Shown here in pieces: positions 39,722 to 53,570 of a stretch of 64,000 nt of DNA. The stretch is from the NCBI RefSeq assembly GCF_006345805.1, contig NC_043013.1:35216001-35280000 (forward strand). Reading direction: 5' to 3'. The DNA is from Octopus sinensis (taxonomy: Eukaryota). The notes beneath the pieces were generated by a model, which saw only the letters and a list, made by a program, of their open reading frames with translations, was not told where the DNA came from and did not search any database. Each line of letters begins with the position of its first letter. The first letter of the stretch is position 1. The translations under genes and the position numbers were made by a program.

Positions 39722-41034
39722 TTATATATATATAATTTTTCCCTTACCCCTATATTTCATGTAAATTTTTTCCTTCGTTTTTGACAAATTAATAAATTCT
39801 TCACTGCGGAACACTCAAAAATATGGTGGACTCCCCCCACCACCTAATAGTGAAAATAAATTTATAAATAAACAAAAAAAGCAAGCAAAAATGAAGGAAA
39901 GAAAAAAAAGAGAAAAATTTTACTTCAGTAACAGAAAACTTCATTTTGTTTCCCCTCTATACATCAAAATGTTGGGTTAATGCATTTTATGCACACCCAT
40001 ATTTACATATACATATTTATGATTAGACAAACACATACACATACACAAAAACATACATATTTACATACGTACAAACATACATATTTACATACGTACATGC
40101 AAACATTCAAGCTTACATACACACATACATGAATATGCATTCATGAAAGTCTACATACATGTATACATATTAAGAAACGTCCATATATGCATACACACAT
40201 GGACATTTATATACATACACATATTTTTCTACTCTTTTTTCATATTTCTATAGAAAATAAAAGGAGAGGGAAAAAAAAATCTATTAAAATTGAACATTTT
40301 TTTTTCTGTTTTTTTTTCAGCACAGAACTATGTTATTTTATATTTTGTTGCTATTTTAATTCTAATTTTTGTTGTTGCTTTGTGTGTGTGTGTGTGTGAC
40401 TGTATGTGCATGTGTGTGTGTGTGGGTATATATGTGTGTGTGTGAAAGTGTATGTGTGTGTGTGTGCAAATGCACAAGTGTGAGTATGTGTGTCTGTATG
40501 ATTATATGTTATGTGTATGTATACCACATTTGTTTGGAAATTTCATCTAGTTTAGCTAAATTGTATGGTATATACTTGTTTTTTTTTAGTCTTTTTTTGC
40601 TTCATTTTTGTTCATTATATTTTTTATAATTTTCAATTTTTATTGCATAATCCTCACCAGTGTCAATATTTAGCTACCATGTCAACAGCACGCATGCATC
40701 AGCATTTTGATGGTTTTACTATCACATTAACACATATATGACGGGAGAGAGGTGGAAAGCGAGAGAGTGAAAGAGAGGTAGAAAGAAAGAATTAGAACGA
40801 AAGAGAGAGAGAGAGAGAGAGAATGAGAGAGATTGAATTAATGTGTGAGAGATTGTGGAAGTAAGTGTATATGTGTTTAGAAACTGTACACTCATATTAT
40901 CATATGCATGTCCAAATAAAAAGTTTTATATCTGTGACCTGTGTTATATCTCTATACTTCCATATATATATACACACATATATATATGTGTATATACACA
41001 CACACACACATATATATGTATATATGTGTGAGTG

Positions 41035-41093
<59 letters not shown>

Positions 41094-42859
41094 ATGTATG
41101 TACGTATGTGTGTGTGTGAGTGTGTGTATTTGTATGTTTACATTGTACATGCATGCACAAACTAAAATATGTTTGTATACATTTGTGATATTTTTATACT
41201 ACCTCTGTATACATAAATTGTACATACAATGTCCACATACATACACACACATATATATATATCTACGCACACAGATTATATTATCGCAATGTGTACGTTT
41301 ATTTGCCGTTATGTGTGTGTTCATGAATATATGCCAATGTCACTGTAAATGTAAGATGAGCTTAAATACCACATTTACCAAATATTTCTATTTTTCAATG
41401 CTCTGAAATATGAGACCTCAACAAAACAAAAAAGATAAAATAAAGGAAGAGAAAGAAAAGGAACAAGGTATATACAAAGAGAGAGAGAGAGAGAGAGGAA
41501 GTGAAAGAGAAAGAGTGGGAAGGGGGAAGAAATATAAGAAAACCTCTTAAATTTTTTAGGGATTTCTATTATAGTCATCTAGGGATGTATTAAATATCAT
41601 TTGTTGTCAAAGTGTATGCTGTAAACAAGTCATTGGGCTTGCCAACCATTTCGCAAATCTGAACGCTATGTCAGTGCTTCGATTGGTCAATTTTATTTAT
41701 GACTAGTCACCGTTATGTTTGGTCAGGAATTTTCTAAATTTGGTGTAATGCATCCAAGCACATTGATAACTCAATTGTGGGTTTTGATGTTTATGCATAG
41801 ATCAGTAAATATGAGCAATTTTATAACTACATTTTATATCTATCTCATCTTTGTGTCTAATCTTGAATTACATAATTTTATTGTTCTCTCTCTTTTTTTT
41901 TTTTTCTTTTTGCAGTGGTTGAAGTAGTGATGGAGTGATGGTGGTGGGTATTTATTTCTGTTCTGTTCACAATTATTTTTAAAGCATTCTCAGGTCAATT
42001 TTTCCATGTCATCATACGAATTGCTTGTTTCTGAAAATTCAAATAAATACATAAAATTATTGTGGTAAAGATTTTATGGCTGTTTTGGCTCTGTGTAGAG
42101 AAGAAAGTCAAACAATGAGTCTAGCATGATGCATTATAATGTGTAATGAATTGTACCCAATGGTTAAGTACACTGCATTATAGATATGCCTATATGCTGA
42201 TAATATTCAATAGATCTTACAAGCCTGACCATGACTGCACTTCTAGTTCAGTCCACTTCAGATTCTGATGGAGGAAGTGAAGGCATTGATTGATAATATG
42301 CTAAACAGGCAGCATAGTGAATTCTTTAATATATTACTTCCTGTACATACATGTATACATTAATACATATATACAATCATACATACACGCATGTATAATG
42401 ATAGCTTCATTTAGTCAGATAATAGCCATCTCACAGACAGTGAGACATTGGTGCTTCCTTGGGTTCAATTGATAAAAGCTTGTGCAACACTTGTCTCTCT
42501 CTCTCTCTTGGTCACCATAGTAGGTTGCAGTGACAAGAATTTGCAAAATGACTATTTTGGCAGCAAGTCTTTTTTATGTAAGAGTATCCTTCTCTTTGAA
42601 GATCTGCCTTCACCATGGTTTTGTCAAAAATATTGGGAGCCTTCTCTAACCCGGCAAAATTTATCTAACCTATCAATGAGACCCAGACAGGTAGTGCCAT
42701 CCTGGGTCAAATAAGACCTTGGAATAATGGTAATAGGTGATATAAGTATGTCTAGATATGTAACTATATGCATGAGAATACATACATAAAACATACAAAT
42801 CTGCACATGCATACATACATACATACATCCATGAGTGCATGCATACATACACACATACA

Positions 42860-43035
42860 AGGGGCCGGCCTTGTCACTCCCTGTGTCACGCTGAATATCC
42901 CCGAGAACTACGTTAAGGGTGCACGTGTCTGTGGAGTGCTCAGCCACTTACACGTTAATTTCATGAGCAGGCTGTTCCGTTGATTCGGATCAACCGGAAC
43001 CCTCATTGTCGTTACCGACGGAGTGCTTCCACACT
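42860..43035 (+). mobile_element. Probable SINE/LINE 3' tail with structured end
   Basis: GC- and CpG-richer island within (CATA)n. Hairpins GTTCC-GTTGAT-tcgg-ATCAAC-c-GGAAC and GTCG-ttac-CGAC. Confidence 0.5.
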
Positions 43036-43099
43036 TCCACCACACACATACATACATATACACATACATGACTGTAATGTAAACAATACCCCTGCTTTC

Positions 43100-43267
43100 A
43101 CTAAGGCATGAGGTAATAATAACCAACAATCAACGAGACTCAAAAAATCATGTAGACATCAACTGCCCACATTCTCAGGAAGTTTCTCGCCATCTAATAT
43201 ATATGTGATTTAGGTCTCTGGTTGAGACCAAGTCAGAAAATGAAATAAAATGTAAATCAATCAGAAA
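43100..43267 (+). mobile_element. R4/Dong-like extreme 3' end followed by (AAT)n
   Basis: PTINETQKIM*TSTAHILRKFLAI* resembles the ..QK..L.GTA.ILR..L terminus. Confidence 0.6.
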
Positions 43268-43294
43268 ATAATAATAATAATAATAATAATAATG

Positions 43295-43339
<45 letters not shown>

Positions 43340-43348
43340 GTAGTAGTA

Positions 43349-43405
<57 letters not shown>

Positions 43406-43427
43406 GAAGCTATTTTATATATATGTG

Positions 43428-43619
43428 GGTGGCACGTGAAAAGCACCCACTACACTCACGGAGTGGTTGGCGTTAGGAAGGGCATCCAGCTGTAGAAGCA
43501 TTGCCAGATAAGACTGGAGCCTGGTGCAGCCTTCTGGCTTCCCAGATCCCCGGTCGAACCGTCCAACCCATGCTAGCATGGAGAACGGACATTAAACGAT
43601 GATGATGATGATGATGATG

Positions 43620-43620
<1 letters not shown>
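43428..43620 (+). mobile_element. SINE-like family B
   Basis: Near-identical to 20518-20703. Confidence 0.9.
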
Positions 43621-43676
<56 letters not shown>

Positions 43677-44039
43677 CTCCATATAAGAAAAATCTTTCAG
43701 TTTCCTGAGATGGCTTACATTAAAACAGATTTCTTTCATTGTTTTTGTGGATTCTTAATTCCTGTTTCATAATGGTTTCAGATTTGATCTATCCTCCCAG
43801 CAGCTTGTTATCACATGTCCATGTTTGCTATTTTCTGTGATCATTCCTTCATTTTATTGAGTATTTACTGTATGTGTTTATTCCTGTATGTTTTTGGGAG
43901 GAGTGTTGTGTAGTAGTGTGTATAAATCATAAATCAACCATTTCATTGTATTCATGGTTCTCTACCCATCGTTCTTGTTTTGGTTTTGTTATTTGTGACA
44001 TTAAGGGTTGGGTCTGTCTTTACAGAATTTACTTTTTGA

Positions 44040-44947
44040 CAAAGTGAAAAAACACACACAGGAAAAAGAACAAAAGTTATAAAGTTATCTGACTCACAGG
44101 AGAAAGCTTTGCATGGTAAATCCCCAAAGATAGTTGTAGCAAATAATAGTAGTGAGATATGGTTATGGTTACAGAAAGGAAGGCTGAAAAGGGAAACTGA
44201 AAGTTTGTTAGTAGCAGCACAAGATCAAGTTTAAGGACTAACTGGATAAAATATCAAGATTAAGGACTAATTGGATACAAACCAAGATAGACAAAAACCA
44301 AGTAGATTCCCAATATAGGTTGTGTAAATCAAAAGAGGAAAGTGTTACTCATATTGTAAGTGAATGCAGCATGCTGGCACAGAAAGAATACAAGAAAAAA
44401 ACATGACAATCAAAGGAGAGTAATCCACTGGACATTATGTAAAAAGCTAGGATTTGACCATACTGATAAATGGTATGAACATGAACCTAGTAAAGTACTA
44501 GAAAGTAAGAAATATAAGATGTAGGACTTCAACATTCAGACTGTGTAATATAAGCTATATTTAGTAGTGGTAGATAAAGAGAATAGAAAGTGCCAGATAA
44601 TTGACTTTACAGTCCCAAATGATGAAAAAATCAATAGGAGAGATATAGAAAAAATAGCAAAGTACCAGTACCTAGCTATTGAATTACAGGGACTATGGAA
44701 AGTGCAGGTAAAATGTATCCCTGTAGTAAAATGTATCCCTGTAGTTATAGGTGCATTGGGAACTATCCCTAAAGATCTGAACAGATGGATAAAGAAAATA
44801 AGCATAAAACCTAGTTTAGTACAGCTCCAAAAAAGAGTGTTATTAGGGACAGCTAGGATACTTAGGAGGATTCTTGTTGTAGGATACTTGTTGTAGGCCA
44901 ATGTTAGGAATTTTTCTTTTCCAGCAGTCTAATCTGTTGTGTGTATA

Positions 44948-44950
<3 letters not shown>
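44040..44950 (+). mobile_element. R4/Dong-clade LINE relic: CCHC knuckle plus REL endonuclease
   Basis: KALHG...WLWLQKGRLKRETESLLVAAQDQ...RLCKSKEESVTHIVSECSMLAQKEYKKKHDN...IHWTLCKK...KWYEHEP...IIDFTVPND...EKIAKYQYLAIELQGLWK...PVVIGALG...LLGTARILRRIL. Followed by (AAT)n. Confidence 0.9.
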
Positions 44951-45002
<52 letters not shown>

Positions 45003-45003
45003 T

Positions 45004-45460
45004 AATGGGCTACAGCAAATATTCTGCTCAATACCACAGATTTGCTTGTCAGTTGTTTGACCGTAACCAGTTGAGCATGTCCCTTAGTGGCTGACGATAT
45101 GTGCATCTCTGATCATGAGCAGAAGTAGTGGGGGAGCATCATAGCCATGTGTTGAGATTCTTTGGGGTTTGAATAATTCACCTCTGGAAACATGGGTGTT
45201 TCGTTCAACATCCTTAAACAAGCCTTATTCAGGGACCTTTTGAGCGGGATGGGTTACTCGATCTGAAGAAAATTCTAACTGGGCTCCACCTGCAAGGTCA
45301 TGTACTGTTTATCTTGATATGAGATCACCATGTCGCGCACATATGGTTGTGATGCATGTGCCTGGTGTACCCTTATCAGACGGGTAGTCATGATGGGTAT
45401 ACTGGGCTTCGTATATTTTACCCCAGTGTCACTTCGATGGCATGCTCTGCTCACTCACTC
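45004..45460 (+). mobile_element. Family F repeat (longer copy) embedded in (AAT)n
   Basis: (AAT)n on both sides; homologous to 30326-30612. Confidence 0.8.
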
Positions 45461-45505
<45 letters not shown>

Positions 45506-45865
45506 GATAATGATGATGCTGGTGGTGGTGGTAAGTACTGGGGTTGGTTTATTTGTCTAAATCTTCAAAGGCAATGCACAAGCATGGCCATAGTCCACTG
45601 AGCGAACCAAGTAAAAGATAAAAGAAGCTTAAGATTAAAGGAGTAACATTTTATCTGAGCTGAGTGGGTTGAGCGGGGTTGAGGTTGCTGCTGTGTCCAT
45701 CTCTGAATGCCAGAGTCAATCTTGATGTTCCATCAGGCAGTGAAACACAGCTCAGTAGGTGTTTCAGCCCCTTCCACTCAGGGCTGTATTAAGACCCATA
45801 GAGGCTCTAAGCACTTGAAAGATTTTGGTGCCCCATATACATACATACATACATACATACATACA

Positions 45866-45923
<58 letters not shown>

Positions 45924-45977
45924 TTTCATAATATAAAAAATAATAAACCATAAAACAGGGAGATGGAAAATAATATT

Positions 45978-46331
45978 TATTACCTTAGCGAAGGTGGAGG
46001 TATTGTTTTCAGTCGTGTTTGTTTGTTTGTCCATGTATAAAATATCTCAAGAACCACTGGATGGATTCGGATGAAACTTTCAGGGATGTTTAGCCTCATG
46101 ACTGGCACAAACTGATGGGATTGATCCAGTCCCGGACAATGATTCTGGCTTATTTTTCCTGTTTTTTTATTTGGTTTTTGAGAGAGGTTGGGTTTATTTT
46201 TTAGTATTTTAGTATCGTTTGTAAGAGCAGTTGAGTTCAGATATTCTCATTTTAAAAATCATATCTGGCTAATCGTTGAGAGGATGGTGGCATTTCCTTC
46301 ACAGAGGTTTGCACTCTTTCAGTGCTCTTGT
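45978..46331 (+). mobile_element. Non-autonomous Helentron/DINE-1-like (HINE) element
   Basis: 5' TACCTTAGCGAAGGTGGAGGT, a (GTTT)n tract, GGATGGATTCGGATGAAACTTT, then 3' CCTT..AGAGGT plus stem-loop GCACT-ctttc-AGTGC and TCTTGT. Second copy at 59012. Confidence 0.7.
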
Positions 46332-47835
46332 TTTTGTATACTTTCATTTTATTTATATTTGGAAAGCTTTCTCTTTCTTTTTCTTTAATTGCAAAATCTT
46401 TGATCAGATCCTCATTTTGACACCATGTACACTTTAAAATAATATTTCCAATAATATAAACCACTTTAAATACTGTTTTAGTGGGTATAAACTGATTTCT
46501 TTTGTGCCATAAACCATTTACCCTTTTCTTTGGTACCCCTTCTCTTGCACGTGATTATTTTGCTTAATAGTTAATCTTGCACTGCTTCCACTGTATTCTA
46601 AGCTTCAAGTTTCCAACGCCATTGAAAGCTTGATATAAACTCAAATTTTACTCAAAATGTTGCTATGTAAATCAAGACTATAATTAAATTGTCTAATTAA
46701 CCTTTTAATATTAAAACCTTACTTTATCATACACCAAATAAGATTACTAGTAACCTCAAACAGTAATTCTTTTCTATATAAATTAACTTTACAAACTTTA
46801 CTCTTTGTTTCACAAACATGTAATTTCTTAGTCTACTAAACATGCAACTATCAGTATAAAGCATCAGAACTACTTAAACTAGTTTTACTGGATACATTAA
46901 TAACTACAGATTTATTACCAATCTTAATCAAAACAAACAGTTAATTAATTAACCTTAACATCTTCACTACACTTGCTAGCCTCAGAATTCCTAAGGTAGG
47001 TTATAACTAATAAAAATTTTAAGAAATTATAATTTGGAACAAAAACATCATCCATATAAGTACAATTCCCACTAAGCAACTTAAATAGTCCCTAAGCAAA
47101 TTAAATTAAGAAGGTATTAAGTATAAGCCAATTAACAAAGGACTAGCTTGTTAGAGGCATTCTCGTTAGCTTCTATGAGAATGACTCTGACGTACTTCAA
47201 TAGTTTATTCCCAAACATAACATGCATTGTTTCATACACTTAATTAAATTTTAACGTGTTTTATTTTATACTAATAAGCCCATTGTGCCATATATTAGTC
47301 AAATGAACCAAATTATATTTTACACATTCATACGCGAACACACACATACACACATAAAGATATTACATACAGTTATTATAGTATGAACATTCCATAGTAG
47401 CTTTCTCTCCATAACTCGCAAAGCCTTTTGGGTTTATTTATAAAATATTATTTACATAGTATCAAGACAGTTTAAGTATATATTAACTAAAATTTGACTG
47501 AAATTGATGGGTGAGCATTTGGCCAATAAGATTCATAAGGAGCCATGAAGGCATCGATTTGTGAGTTCGATTCCGCCTGAGGTTAGCTCATCATTTTTCA
47601 GTCATTTGTTTATATTTATAAATTGTTGCTGAGTGGACTGGAGCAATGTGGAATAAAGTGTCTTGCTCAAGGACACAATGCATTGCTGAGAATCGAATTC
47701 ACGACCTTACGATTGTGAGCCGAATGCCCTAACTACTAACTAAGCCACACACCTTCACAATGCCATGCATCCTTTATATATATATATATATATACATATG
47801 TATATGTATATATATGTATGTGTATGTATATATAT

Positions 47836-47981
47836 GGCGTTAGGAAGGGCATCCAGCCGTAGAAACACTGCCAGATCTGACTGGGCCTGATGAAGCCTTC
47901 CAGCTTCCCAGACCCCAGTTGAACCGTCCAACCCATGCTAGCATGGAGAACGGACGCTAAATGATGATGATGATGATGATG
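47836..47981 (+). mobile_element. 5'-truncated SINE-like family B
   Basis: GGCGTTAGGAAGGGCATCCAGCCGTAG...GGACGCTAAATGATG. Confidence 0.85.
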
Positions 47982-48026
47982 ATATATATATATATATATA
48001 GATATATGCACACACACACACACACG

Positions 48027-48064
<38 letters not shown>

Positions 48065-48582
48065 CTGTAGTAATAAAAACCACAAATCTTCTAAATACAG
48101 CTACACAAGGTTTCCTGGACAAAATAATAATTTATTTTGCTATTTATCAAGCTGAAATCAAGACCATTTGTTAGTTGTCTTTTGTGCAGAAAACCTTTAA
48201 CTAAGAACGCTGGTGAAGAAGAAGACGAGAAGAAAATCAAGGGAGATAAGCATCATTTACAATGATTCATTGGCAAGCAGATGTAAACAAGATGTTAATG
48301 GTTTACTAAGTGTCTGGTAGTCTATTTTAAAATTCCGAAAAGATGTATTTCCTGCAATGTGAACATACAGAAAATATCTCATTCCTGGGATTTATGTATT
48401 TGTTGGAGGTTCTCATGCATTTTAGGAGATTTGATTTTTTTTCAATAGAACATATTGAACCATTTATGGACCCATTAATATAGGGTCTGTTTCTGGGCAA
48501 GATTTTCTATTAGATCTCAGAACTAGTGTCTTCATCTTTAAGTTTCTAGATTGAAGCTGAAAGGGTTATCTAAATATCTATT

Positions 48583-48625
<43 letters not shown>

Positions 48626-48682
48626 GATAGAACGTTAGCCCCTACACGCAATTTTTTTCTCTCCTTGTTTCTTTTCTGTGTA

Positions 48683-48720
48683 TCTTTCTGTCGAAGAGTG
48701 TAGGCTCAAAACGTAAAAGA
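48683..48720 (+). ncRNA. Degenerate minimal hammerhead-like motif
   Basis: TCTTT-CTGTCGA-A-GAGT-gtag-GCTC-AAAAC-GTA-AAAGA. Topology intact, but core positions A6 and G12 are substituted. Host element about 48628-48818 lies between (TA)n arrays. Confidence 0.5.
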
Positions 48721-48834
48721 CTTGTTTTATTTCTATTCCTGAGTGCCATACTAATACATTGTTTGTTTGTACCCCACCTGCCTTCGTCTTTTGCTTATTT
48801 TCGTAAACCTTCCCGTTATATATATATATATATA

Positions 48835-49715
48835 TGGAGAGAGAGAGAGAGAAAGAGAGGTAAATATATATAGAGAGAGAAAGAAAGAGAGAGAGAGAGA
48901 TAGATGGATAAATAGATAGATATGGAGATATACATATATATATATATATATATGATGATCTGATGACTTTTTTCTGATCATCAGAAAGAAGTCCGACGTG
49001 AGGGATGTCATCGCAGAGTATACACGCAGCAAGTTTAGATGGGCTGGAAACGTCGCCCAGCTCACCAATAATCGGTGGACCCAGGTGAGCAGAAACGACC
49101 ACCCGGAAGGCCTCCACGATGGCGGAGTTACAATTTCAGGAGGACGATTGGGATCACGTGGATGAGGTAGGTGCGATGCAGAGAGGTGTGGACAGCGCGC
49201 TGTGACCAGCAGCGGTGTCAAATGGACGCCTGATGGACTGGTCGGTCAAGGTGATCAAGGTGATATATATATATATATATATATTATATATGGAGAGAGA
49301 GAGAGAGAGAAAGAGAGGTAAATATATATAGAGAGAGAAAGAAAGAGAGAGAGAGAGATAGATGGATAAATAGATAGATATGGAGATATACATATATATA
49401 TATATATATGATGATCTGATGACTTTTTTCTGATCATCAGAAAGAAGTCCGACGTGAGGGATGTCATCGCAGAGTATACACGCAGCAAGTTTAGATGGGC
49501 TGGAAACGTCGCCCAGCTCACCAATAATCGGTGGACCCAGGTGAGCAGAAACGACCACCCGGAAGGCCTCCACGATGGCGGAGTTACAATTTCAGGAGGA
49601 CGATTGGGATCACGTGGATGAGGTAGGTGCGATGCAGAGAGGTGTGGACAGCGCGCTGTGACCAGCAGCGGTGTCAAATGGACGCCTGATGGACTGGTCG
49701 GTCAAGGTGATCAAG

Positions 49716-49720
<5 letters not shown>
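48835..49720 (+). repeat. 456-bp tandem duplication, each unit carrying an RTE LINE 3' end
   Basis: IRKKSDVRDVIAEYTRSKFRWAGNVAQLTNNRWT.../KRPPGRPPRW is an RTE C-terminus. Copies at about 48953-49263 and 49409-49719 look identical outside the microsatellites. Confidence 0.9.
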
Positions 49721-49753
<33 letters not shown>

Positions 49754-50631
49754 GTGGTGCTCTAGCATGGCTGCAGTCAAATAACTGAAACAAACAAGTA
49801 AAGCAATAAAAGAATATATATATATATATAATATCAACACATTCAAAACCAGACAGACAGACAGATAGACAGATATAGCAATCTGAGGCTGCAATGGAAG
49901 AAGTGCAATAAAAAACCTCACTGGAAACAGAATCATCGCAAAAATGTAATACAAACTCTGCATAATTATGCTTGAATTCATATATACAGTTTATACAGTA
50001 AAACTATTTCAAGGCTATATCAACTCACTTATGTTCACAAAAATGAGTCATTGAAGGAATGTTTAAACAATGTTCATTAATTTGTGATACACTGTACAAT
50101 CAACGTATGCAATACTTGAAATGTATAAGTCTATTGCAAATATCTATACTTTCCATCATGGAAATGAGTGCATATTGAATAATATTTGTATATTGTAATG
50201 CAAACATGTCTCATGGTAACCGCTTTATATACTGGACATATTTTACTGATACATTCTTTTGTTGGTATTGGTTTTGACTGCGGCCATGCTGGAGCACTGC
50301 TTTTAGTCAAACAAATCTACCCCGGGACTTATTCTTAGTACTTATTCTATCTGTCTCTTTTGCCAAACTGCTTACCACACAGCCACAACTGTGTATGTAA
50401 TGCATGTTATATCAATTATTAACAAATTATACTAGTTAAGGTTAATGAACTTAAGGTTAATAAAACTTAGCTTAATAATATGTGATGCTTTGTAACAAAC
50501 TTTATTTTTAATATATATTAAGTTGATGCATTTATTGAGTACCAATCACAACCTCTTTGTTTTAAAATTGTGTAATTTTTACATATGTGTATGTACATAT
50601 ATATACATATATATACGTATATATATGTATA

Positions 50632-50687
<56 letters not shown>

Positions 50688-50697
50688 ATATATATAT

Positions 50698-50728
<31 letters not shown>

Positions 50729-50741
50729 CAGATATATATAT

Positions 50742-50774
<33 letters not shown>

Positions 50775-50903
50775 CACACATCATATATATATATATATAG
50801 TTAATCCAAACAAGAAAACACAGAAAAAAAGAGAAAAAAACAGCAACACGAGGACGTGGAACAATTAAAGTATTATTGATGCTCAGGAAAGAAGGGAAGG
50901 AGG

Positions 50904-50938
50904 GTTTAACGTTTCGAGCGGAGCTCTTCGTCGGAAAC
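50904..50938 (-). ncRNA. Ultra-minimal hammerhead motif, U4C variant, GUU triplet
   Basis: Minus strand: GTTT-CCGACGA-A-GAGC-tcc-GCTC-GAAAC-GTT-AAAC. Stem III is reduced to the palindrome ACGT. Host element about 50800-50990. Confidence 0.7.
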
Positions 50939-51040
50939 AAGGAGAAGGAAAGATCCCAAGAAGGGAAGACAGAGTAAAAAATATTTTTGCTGGTGGTGCT
51001 CAAGAGATATACATGTACGCACACACATGTATCTATTTTT

Positions 51041-51453
51041 CCTTCTATTTTATCTTTTACTTCTTTCAGTCATTTTGAATATGGCTATGCTGGATCACCA
51101 CCTTTAGTGGAACAAATCGACCCCAGTACTTATTCTTTGTAGGCCTAGTACTTATTTTATTGGTCTCTATTTGCTGAACTACTAAGTTATGCGGATGTAG
51201 ACACACCAACATCGCTCGTCAAGCAATGGTGGGTGGACGGACTCAGACACATAAATACATACATATATATATATATTCATATATATATATCTACGACAGG
51301 CTTCCTTCAGTTTTTATCTACCAAATCCACTCACAAGGTTGTGGTTGGCCTGAGGTTATAGTAGAATACATATGCCCAAGGTGCCATGCTGTTGGATTGA
51401 ACCCATAACCATGCAGTTTGGAAGCAAGCTACTTACCACTCAACCACTGCTGC
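51041..51453 (-). mobile_element. Diverged SINE family A
   Basis: Full architecture, with many CpG-type transitions. Confidence 0.85.
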
Positions 51454-51542
51454 ACTTGTATGCGTACATATATATGTATATATATATACATATATATACA
51501 TACATATATATATATATATACACATATATACATACATATATA

Positions 51543-51574
<32 letters not shown>

Positions 51575-52567
51575 TATGTATATATATATATATATATATA
51601 ATATATATATATATATATAATTATATGTGTGTGTATGTAGATAGATAGATAGTTAGATATCCATAAAGATAGATATGTGCAGCGATTTATCTATATGTAT
51701 ACATACACACTCACATGCACACACACACACACACATACAATGATGTACACTTGTCAGCCGGATGACTGACTGATACAATAGCATCAAATGAAACACCAAT
51801 TAATCACAAGATATAATAACAAGCAATTTGGCGAGATTTGAGATGTGAGCTAAGGAAAGACACTGGAATGCAAGCAGACAAGAAACTCAGTAATTTCAAG
51901 AAATAATAAGACTTTTTGCTGAATTAACCTTTTTTCAACTCATAAGAAGAGATAGATTAAATGGATTTCTAATCCGACGTCAAGAAACTAAAAAGGCCTT
52001 GTAATCAAACACTAGTTGATTCGTCTTTTCATTATCAAATACATAACATGTACAAATGTACAAATGGGCATATAAAGACGGGAGAGATTTGATCACCCAT
52101 GTAGACATGCAAGATTATTTTGGTGCTGTGACCCAAGTAATATTACATGTTTCATTTGCCATGACTACTCTTGTTACAGAAAACATTAAATAAGATTATT
52201 TGAGATGCAGTAAATAAGCTTGTTACACTGTTTCAATAGAAATAATATTGGAAACTTCTATCTCAAGCATTGTAAAATGCAATAGTGTATATCAATTACC
52301 ATTGTTTATGACTTAGAAGTAATACAACAATGACTGCTCTCAAAAGTTTCTCTATAAAAGCTAGCATTACTAATTAATATTACTATTAGACGTATTTTTC
52401 TTTTAATGTTTTATTATGGCTATTTTATCCTACATAAATTACATTTATCAAAGCCAACCTCTGATGGGAATGTAAAATGTACTTGCATTATGCGTATAAA
52501 CTTATATACATGGACAAATAGGTATGTGTGGTGAGTGTGTGAGTATGTACACACACACACACATATG

Positions 52568-52605
<38 letters not shown>

Positions 52606-52942
52606 GATACATAGCTACATACATGGATAAAAACATACATACATACACACACACACACATATATATATATGTGGATATGGATATATATATATGTATTTTT
52701 GTATATATACATATATACATATAAAATATATATATATATACACAAGCACACACACAGACACACACATATATAAACACACATACGTATGTATGCATATACA
52801 TACGTACATAGATACATTTAGAGACAAATGCTTGAGTATATATACAGAACGGTGGATTAACTTTTTGAATTCACAATAAATGATTGATTCAGCAAGCTCC
52901 TTGAATCCTATAGTAGTAGTAGTAGTTGTGGTTGTAGTAGAA

Positions 52943-52974
<32 letters not shown>

Positions 52975-53211
52975 TTGAGATGTGGTAGAGAGGATGAATA
53001 TGAGGTAGGTGGTTTACTCTCTGATGACAAATATTTTTGCTGATTGTGATGCTTATATTAAGCATAACAGAGGTGCCGGTAAAAGTGATTCATGGCCTTC
53101 CTTATATCTGCATGTATGAAATTCATGTACATATGTATAATATATAATTAATATATATATATATACATGTATATATACATGTATATATACATGTATATAT
53201 ACATGTATGTA

Positions 53212-53252
<41 letters not shown>

Positions 53253-53278
53253 TATATATACACGTATATATATATATG

Positions 53279-53311
<33 letters not shown>

Positions 53312-53420
53312 ATACATATATACATATATATATGTATATATATATATGTGTATATATATATATGTGTAATGTATGTATATATATATATATATCTATACAT
53401 ATGTACATATATATATACAC

Positions 53421-53475
<55 letters not shown>

Positions 53476-53570
53476 TACTATATATATATATATATATACA
53501 TACATATATACATATATATATATATACACATATATATATACATATATATATATATACATACATATATATA

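Noticed and set aside
48190-48265. Possible terminal exon KPLTKNAGEEEDEKKIKGDKHHLQ* after a good acceptor
   Set aside because: Purine-rich low complexity, no homology and no supporting upstream exon.
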